NCBI GenBank assembly: GCA_013416795.1
Contig: RQSC01000154.1
Coordinates: 48,893-61,835, forward strand
From: Prasinococcaceae sp. CCMP 1430
Lineage: Eukaryota; Plantae; Prasinodermophyta
Direction: 5' to 3'
Length of the DNA: 12,943 nucleotides
In this document: positions 8,183-12,943 of the stretch, piece by piece
How positions within the stretch are numbered: the first letter of the stretch is position 1
Layout: each line of letters opens with the position of its first letter
The notes under the pieces: model-generated
Databases searched by the model: none
Told to the model about the DNA's origin: nothing
The model's input: the letters and a program-made list of their open reading frames with translations, nothing else
Translations under genes and position numbers: made by a program

Positions 8183-8556
8183 TCAGCCCCTCCTCCCCCT
8201 CACGGAGCCACATGAAGAGAAGCGCTGGCCGGCCCCCGACCCGACGTGCAACAGATTCAGCCCCCTCAGCGCCTCCTCCATCTCGGCCTCCTCGACGTAC
8301 TCGACCTCCTCGAACCCCCCGAACTCCAGGCTCGCCTCCTCCCCCGGCTTGACGTCGCCCGGCCCGCGCATGCACAGCGTGGTCGACTGGCGCTCGCGGC
8401 ACTTGTTCCCCCTGGCGTCGACGTCGACGTACTCGGTGCGCAGCCGCGTGCAGAACGCGCCCAGCGCGCCGGCGTCCGCGGCGCACAGGCACAGCATGAC
8501 GCCCTCGGCGCCCGCCGGGCGGCGCGCGCCGCCGGCGCGCCACAGCAGGCGCGCGC
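8183..8556 (-). CDS. RWDD3 (RSUME)-like C-terminal domain; 5' part in gap
   Basis: RLRTEYVDVDARGNKCRERQSTTL resembles the RWDD3 C-terminal KVDVDSSGKKCKEKMISVL (recalled), followed by FGGFEEVEY...EMEEAL; TGA at 8185-8183. Confidence 0.65.
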
Positions 8557-9194
8557 NNNNNNNNNNNNNNNNNNNNNNNNNNNNNNNNNNNNNNNNNNNN
8601 NNNNNNNNNNNNNNNNNNNNNNNNNNNNNNNNNNNNNNNNNNNNNNNNNNNNNNNNNNNNNNNNNNNNNNNNNNNNNNNNNNNNNNNNNNNNNNNNNNNN
8701 NNNNNNNNNNNNNNNNNNNNNNNNNNNNNNNNNNNNNNNNNNNNNNNNNNNNNNNNNNNNNNNNNNNNNNNNNNNNNNNNNNNNNNNNNNNNNNNNNNNN
8801 NNNNNNNNNNNNNNNNNNNNNNNNNNNNNNNNNNNNNNNNNNNNNNNNNNNNNNNNNNNNNNNNNNNNNNNNNNNNNNNNNNNNNNNNNNNNNNNNNNNN
8901 NNNNNNNNNNNNNNNNNNNNNNNNNNNNNNNNNNNNNNNNNNNNNNNNNNNNNNNNNNNNNNNNNNNNNNNNNNNNNNNNNNNNNNNNNNNNNNNNNNNN
9001 NNNNNNNNNNNNNNNNNNNNNNNNNNNNNNNNNNNNNNNNNNNNNNNNNNNNNNNNNNNNNNNNNNNNNNNNNNNNNNNNNNNNNNNNNNNNNNNNNNNN
9101 NNNNNNNNNNNNNNNNNNNNNNNNNNNNNNNNNNNNNNNNNNNNNNNNNNNNNNNNNNNNNNNNNNNNNNNNNNNNNNNNNNNNNNNNNNNNNN
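8557..9194. other. Assembly gap (638 N)
   Basis: Run of N. Confidence 1.
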
Positions 9195-10846
9195 GGCGGC
9201 GGCGGGGCAGCGCGAGGCGCGGTCGCGGGGGGGAGCGGCTGGGACGCCCCGGGCAGCGGCGGCAGTGCAGCGCGGCGCGCGATCTTGAACTCCAGCCCCA
9301 CTCACACCGCCTACGGCACGACTGAGGGCAGCGGCAGCGGTAGTGCAGCACGGCGCGTGGTCGCCGCGGGTGGAACCGCCTGGGACGACCCCACCGCGCG
9401 AACAGGCCGTCATCATCGCGGCTGGGACGACCCAACCACACAAAAACCAGAAGCTCGTCATCACCATCCCTCAGAAGAAGAAGAAAAACAGCAACAGCAA
9501 CACCAGCAGCACCAGCACCACGACCTGTGCACCTTCTCGTCCGCCTACCCGCCGCACTACGTCGCGTACAAGACCTCGGCCCCCATCGCCGTCGACGGGC
9601 GCGTGCTCGGCGACGCGGCGTGGGACGAGGTGGGGTGGACGGCGCCGTTCGTCGACATCGCGGGCGGCCCCTCGCCGCGCCTCGAGACGCGCGCCAAGCT
9701 GCGCTGGGACGAGCGCTTCCTGTACGTCGGCGCGCTGCTGGAGGAGACGCAGGTGTGGGCCAACCTCACCGAGCACGACGCCGTCGTCTATCACGACAAC
9801 GACTTCGAGGTCTTCGTCGACGCCGACGCCAGCACGCACTTCTACAAAGAGTTCGAGATGAACGCGCTGTCCACGACCGTGCGTCCCGCTTGCTCCGACC
9901 ACCCGCGCCCCCGCCCTCTTTGGTCGCGACGGCACCACCCGACTGACGCCCACCCACCCGCCCGCGCCCGCGCCATCGCTCCCCTCAACGCCAAAATTAC
10001 GGGAAAAAAACAACGCACCAGTGGGACCTGTGCCTCGACAGGCCCTACCTCAACGGCGGGCGCGAGAACTCGAGCCGCGTGCTCGGCTCGGCGGGCTTCG
10101 ACATGCAGCGTGCCGGCATGCGCGCCGCGGCGCGCACCGACGGAGCCGTGAACGACCCTCGGGTGCGCGCGAGCCACTGGACGGCCGAGGCGCGCCTGCC
10201 CCTGCGCGCGCTGGCGTGCAACACGTCGGCCGCGTCGCCGCCGCCGTCGAAGGGCGCGCTGTGGCGCATCAACTTCTCGCGCGTGGAGTGGCGCGTCGCC
10301 GTGAACGCCAAGGGCGCGTACGTGAAGGACCCGCCGACGCAGAGCCCCTCCAACTGGGTGTGGGCGCCCATGGGCGTCGTGGACATGCACCTGCCCGAGC
10401 GCTGGGGCTACGTGCAGTTCGCCGACGGCGAGGTCAACGCCACCGCCCCGCGGAGGGACCCCGACTGGCCGCTGCGATACGTCGCGTCGGCGCTGTACGA
10501 CGCGCAGACGGCCTTCCGCGAGGACCATGGGCGCTACGCCTCGCAGGCGGAGCTGCCGGCGCTCGCCGCGCGCGCGCCGGCGGGCGCGCTCGACGGGCGA
10601 TGCGCGAGCGTCGCCATCGCGCTCGCGCGCGAGGCGCAGGAGTACGCGGCCGAGATCGAAATGCGCGCGGGCGCGGGTGGCGCCGCGCGGGCGGCGTGCG
10701 TCGCCAGCGACCGCCTCCGCTCGGTGTACGACGCGCGCGGCTGGGGCGCCCAGCTTGGCGTGCCGAGCGCCGTCGCAGCGGGACAAGAGAGGTGCGCCCC
10801 GCCCTCCCTGCGGCCGGCGCGCGCGCCGCCGCTTTCGTGCGAGTGA
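9195..10846 (+). CDS. Carbohydrate-binding family 9-like (DOMON-like fold) protein; exons ?-9878 and 10022-10846
   Basis: YVAYKT..PIAVDG, WTAPFVDIAG, KLRWDERFLYV, HDNDFEVFVD, YKEFEMNAL|WDLCLDRPY, WRINFSRVEW, NWVWAPMGVVDMHLPERWGYVQF. Start not seen; coding status of 9195-9510 and the exact 3' end (possible donor at 10792) are uncertain. Confidence 0.85.
9879..10021 (+). other. Intron (143 nt)
   Basis: GTGCGT donor, acceptor AAAAAAACAACGCACCAG. Splicing gives NALSTT-WDLCL. Confidence 0.9.
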
Positions 10847-10959
10847 GCGCTGGCGGTACTGGACGCTCGCTCGAGCCGCTGGGCTCCACCAGGCCGCTCG
10901 CCCGCTCGTGTCAATGTACAATGTTACGTGTGTGCCTCAAGCAAGAAACAAGGAGCTCA

Positions 10960-11693
10960 TCAGCCATCCCTCTTGCTCTTGGAGAAGGGCGTCTGCTTGG
11001 TCATGGCGTAGTACTGCGCGGCGTAGTCGGTGATGCTGCACGAGTTGCGGCCGTGACTGAACATGGGGTTGCGCGGCACCAGCGGCTCGTGCGCGAGGCC
11101 GTACTCCTGCGCGCTCGTCTGCGGCTCGTCGGCGCCGCCCGTGTCGGCGCCGCTGCGCAGCGCGCGCGCGACCGCGCCCATGCCGCGCAGCGTCGCGCTG
11201 GCTCTCTCCTCTGTGTCGGCGTGCACGTGCAGCTGCGGCGTGATGTGGTTGGGCTTGTCTGGGATGGTGTGCACTGTCGGGCCGCGTGGGCCACGGGCGC
11301 GCAGCGCGTGCGGCAGGGGGGCGGCGGCCGTCAGCGCCACGGCGCGCGGCGACAGGGCACGCGCGAGCTCGCGCTGAGGGTGGAGCGGTGGCCCGCCGTC
11401 GGCCCCGTCCGCCGGCGCAAACGGCAGACGCAAGAAAACGGAGGCTTTCGGGCGACCCGCACCCGCGCCCGCGTACAGCGAGCGCGCGGGCGCGCGGGCG
11501 CTGCTGCCCGCGGCCCCGTCGATGCGCCAGACCGCGACCGCACCCCGTGTGCACGTGGTTTCGGCCCCCCACCCCCACCCCCCTCCTCCCTTGCGAGCGC
11601 GCGTCGCTCGCTCACGCTCGCGCTTCGACACCAGGGCGCGCTTGCACGACGCGACGCGACGCGCTCAGCGCGTGCGCGTGTACGCGCAGGGCG

Positions 11694-11745
<52 letters not shown>

Positions 11746-12055
11746 ACGACGGTGTCGCCCTCGCCGCCACTGTCGCCCTCGCCCTCTCCTCTCGCCATGC
11801 TTGCCCTCTGTTTCTCCGCACACGCCACCTCCAGCACACACACAACACGCAACACCACCACGCCCGCCTGCTCCGGCGCGTCTCGCCGCCGCGCCACGCA
11901 CTCGAGAAGGGGTTGGTGACGACGAAGTCGCGCTGCAGGCCGAGGCCGGCCGTCGCTTGCTCCTTCTCGCAGTGCTCGCGCCAGATGGAGTTGCGGCTGA
12001 CCTCGTCGAACCTGGTGCTGAGCATGTCCGAGCGGCTTCCGAAACCCTTCGACAT
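10960..12055 (-). CDS. FAM183: FAM183/CFAP144-like ciliary protein, 2 exons (12055-11902, 11273-10960), 155 aa
   Basis: IWREHCEKE, F..TNPFS|MHTIPDKPNH, PQTSAQEYG, H.R....ITDYA..Y....TPF match the FAM183 pattern as recalled. The phase-1 splice A|TG is exact (154+314 = 468 nt). Confidence 0.8.
11274..11901 (-). other. Intron of FAM183 (628 nt)
   Basis: GTGCGT donor at 11901, CTGAC at 11334-11330, GACAG acceptor at 11274. Confidence 0.8.
11697..11745. repeat. Poly-C homopolymer (49 nt)
   Basis: Read directly; inside the FAM183 intron. Confidence 0.95.
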
Positions 12056-12291
12056 GGCCGCCGCCGCCGTGGGGTCGGTGGTGGTGGTGGTGTGTGTGTG
12101 TGGTGGTGGTGGGGGGGGGCGCCGAGCCGCGCGATCGCGCCGTCGCCCCTGTGGCACGCCCGAACGGGGCCGTCCGTCCGGGCGCCTCGCCGGGCCGCCG
12201 AACAAAATCAAAATCAAAAAAAGAGCCTTAAAAGTGATGGCACCCCACTCGCCAGACGTCTTGCGAAACCACCAGCGAGGGAAAAAACGAA
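11783..12291. repeat. Inverted repeat, left arm (509 bp)
   Basis: Position x pairs with 24715-x. Both ends, the ATG, the donor and the microsatellite lengths were checked and match. Confidence 0.95.
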
Positions 12292-12423
12292 AACAAAAAC
12301 AAAACGTCGGATGAGCTCCCCGAAATCGAAGGTCCTGAACGGATGACGTCGATCGAAGGAAGTCCCGCGTCAGGATAAATCGCGGTTGTAACGGATTCGA
12401 AAAAGTTCCCGCGTGTTTACTTC

Positions 12424-12932
12424 TTCGTTTTTTCCCTCGCTGGTGGTTTCGCAAGACGTCTGGCGAGTGGGGTGCCATCACTTTTAAGGCTCTTTTTTTG
12501 ATTTTGATTTTGTTCGGCGGCCCGGCGAGGCGCCCGGACGGACGGCCCCGTTCGGGCGTGCCACAGGGGCGACGGCGCGATCGCGCGGCTCGGCGCCCCC
12601 CCCCACCACCACCACACACACACACCACCACCACCACCGACCCCACGGCGGCGGCGGCCATGTCGAAGGGTTTCGGAAGCCGCTCGGACATGCTCAGCAC
12701 CAGGTTCGACGAGGTCAGCCGCAACTCCATCTGGCGCGAGCACTGCGAGAAGGAGCAAGCGACGGCCGGCCTCGGCCTGCAGCGCGACTTCGTCGTCACC
12801 AACCCCTTCTCGAGTGCGTGGCGCGGCGGCGAGACGCGCCGGAGCAGGCGGGCGTGGTGGTGTTGCGTGTTGTGTGTGTGCTGGAGGTGGCGTGTGCGGA
12901 GAAACAGAGGGCAAGCATGGCGAGAGGAGAGG
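12424..12932. repeat. Inverted repeat, right arm (509 bp)
   Basis: Reverse complement of 11783-12291; diverges at 12933 into AAGGGGGGGGG. Confidence 0.95.
12660..12813 (+). CDS. FAM183: Duplicate FAM183 exon 1 (inverted copy; remainder outside window or absent)
   Basis: GCCATG at 12660, MSKGFGSRSDML...TNPFS, donor GTGCGT at 12814; identical to the minus-strand exon 1. Confidence 0.75.
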
Positions 12933-12943
12933 AAGGGGGGGGG

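Noticed and set aside
8046-9467. ORFs crossing the second gap (473, 372, 359, 391, 600 aa)
   Set aside because: N codons hide stops, so the two sides cannot be joined; they belong to divergent genes.
10021-11919. 632-aa plus-strand ORF
   Set aside because: An off-frame Arg/Ala-rich read of CBM9 exon 2 and antisense FAM183; the poly-Pro comes from the C homopolymer.
12385-12392. GTTGTAAC as an RFX X-box upstream of a ciliary gene
   Set aside because: Spacing does not fit the X-box, and RFX factors are not known from green algae.
11783-12932. Terminal inverted repeats of a transposon/MITE or a CRISPR-like array
   Set aside because: The arms are host gene sequence, no transposase or target-site duplication is visible, and there is no repeat-spacer periodicity.
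1-12943. A functionally coherent novel gene cluster
   Set aside because: The genes are unrelated housekeeping, plastid and ciliary functions in a compact eukaryotic genome; no shared pathway is supportable.

Overview
Very GC-rich, gene-dense eukaryotic nuclear scaffold with short GT-AG introns and two N gaps (6193-6645, 8557-9194). It is most likely a green alga (Viridiplantae), judging by CURT1, a plastid phosphate translocator and a TGTAA signal. Gene order: plastid phosphate translocator (+, 5'-truncated), TKL/Raf-like kinase ending in a CaaX box (-), stand-alone CNOT11 C-terminal domain (+), CURT1 (-), Trm5 (-), gap, a CUE-domain start abutting the C-terminal two-thirds of a serine racemase out of frame (+), RWDD3-like C-terminus (-), gap, CBM9-like protein (+), FAM183/CFAP144 (-), and an inverted 509-bp copy of the FAM183 5' half (+). 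No CRISPR, tRNA, rRNA or transposase was seen. The strongest oddities are the perfect inverted duplication and two apparent gene-to-gene junctions, which may be real rearrangements or assembly/amplification chimeras. A minimal CNOT11 and a translocator with an altered substrate pocket also stand out. All family calls are by-eye motif recognition; no searches were run.
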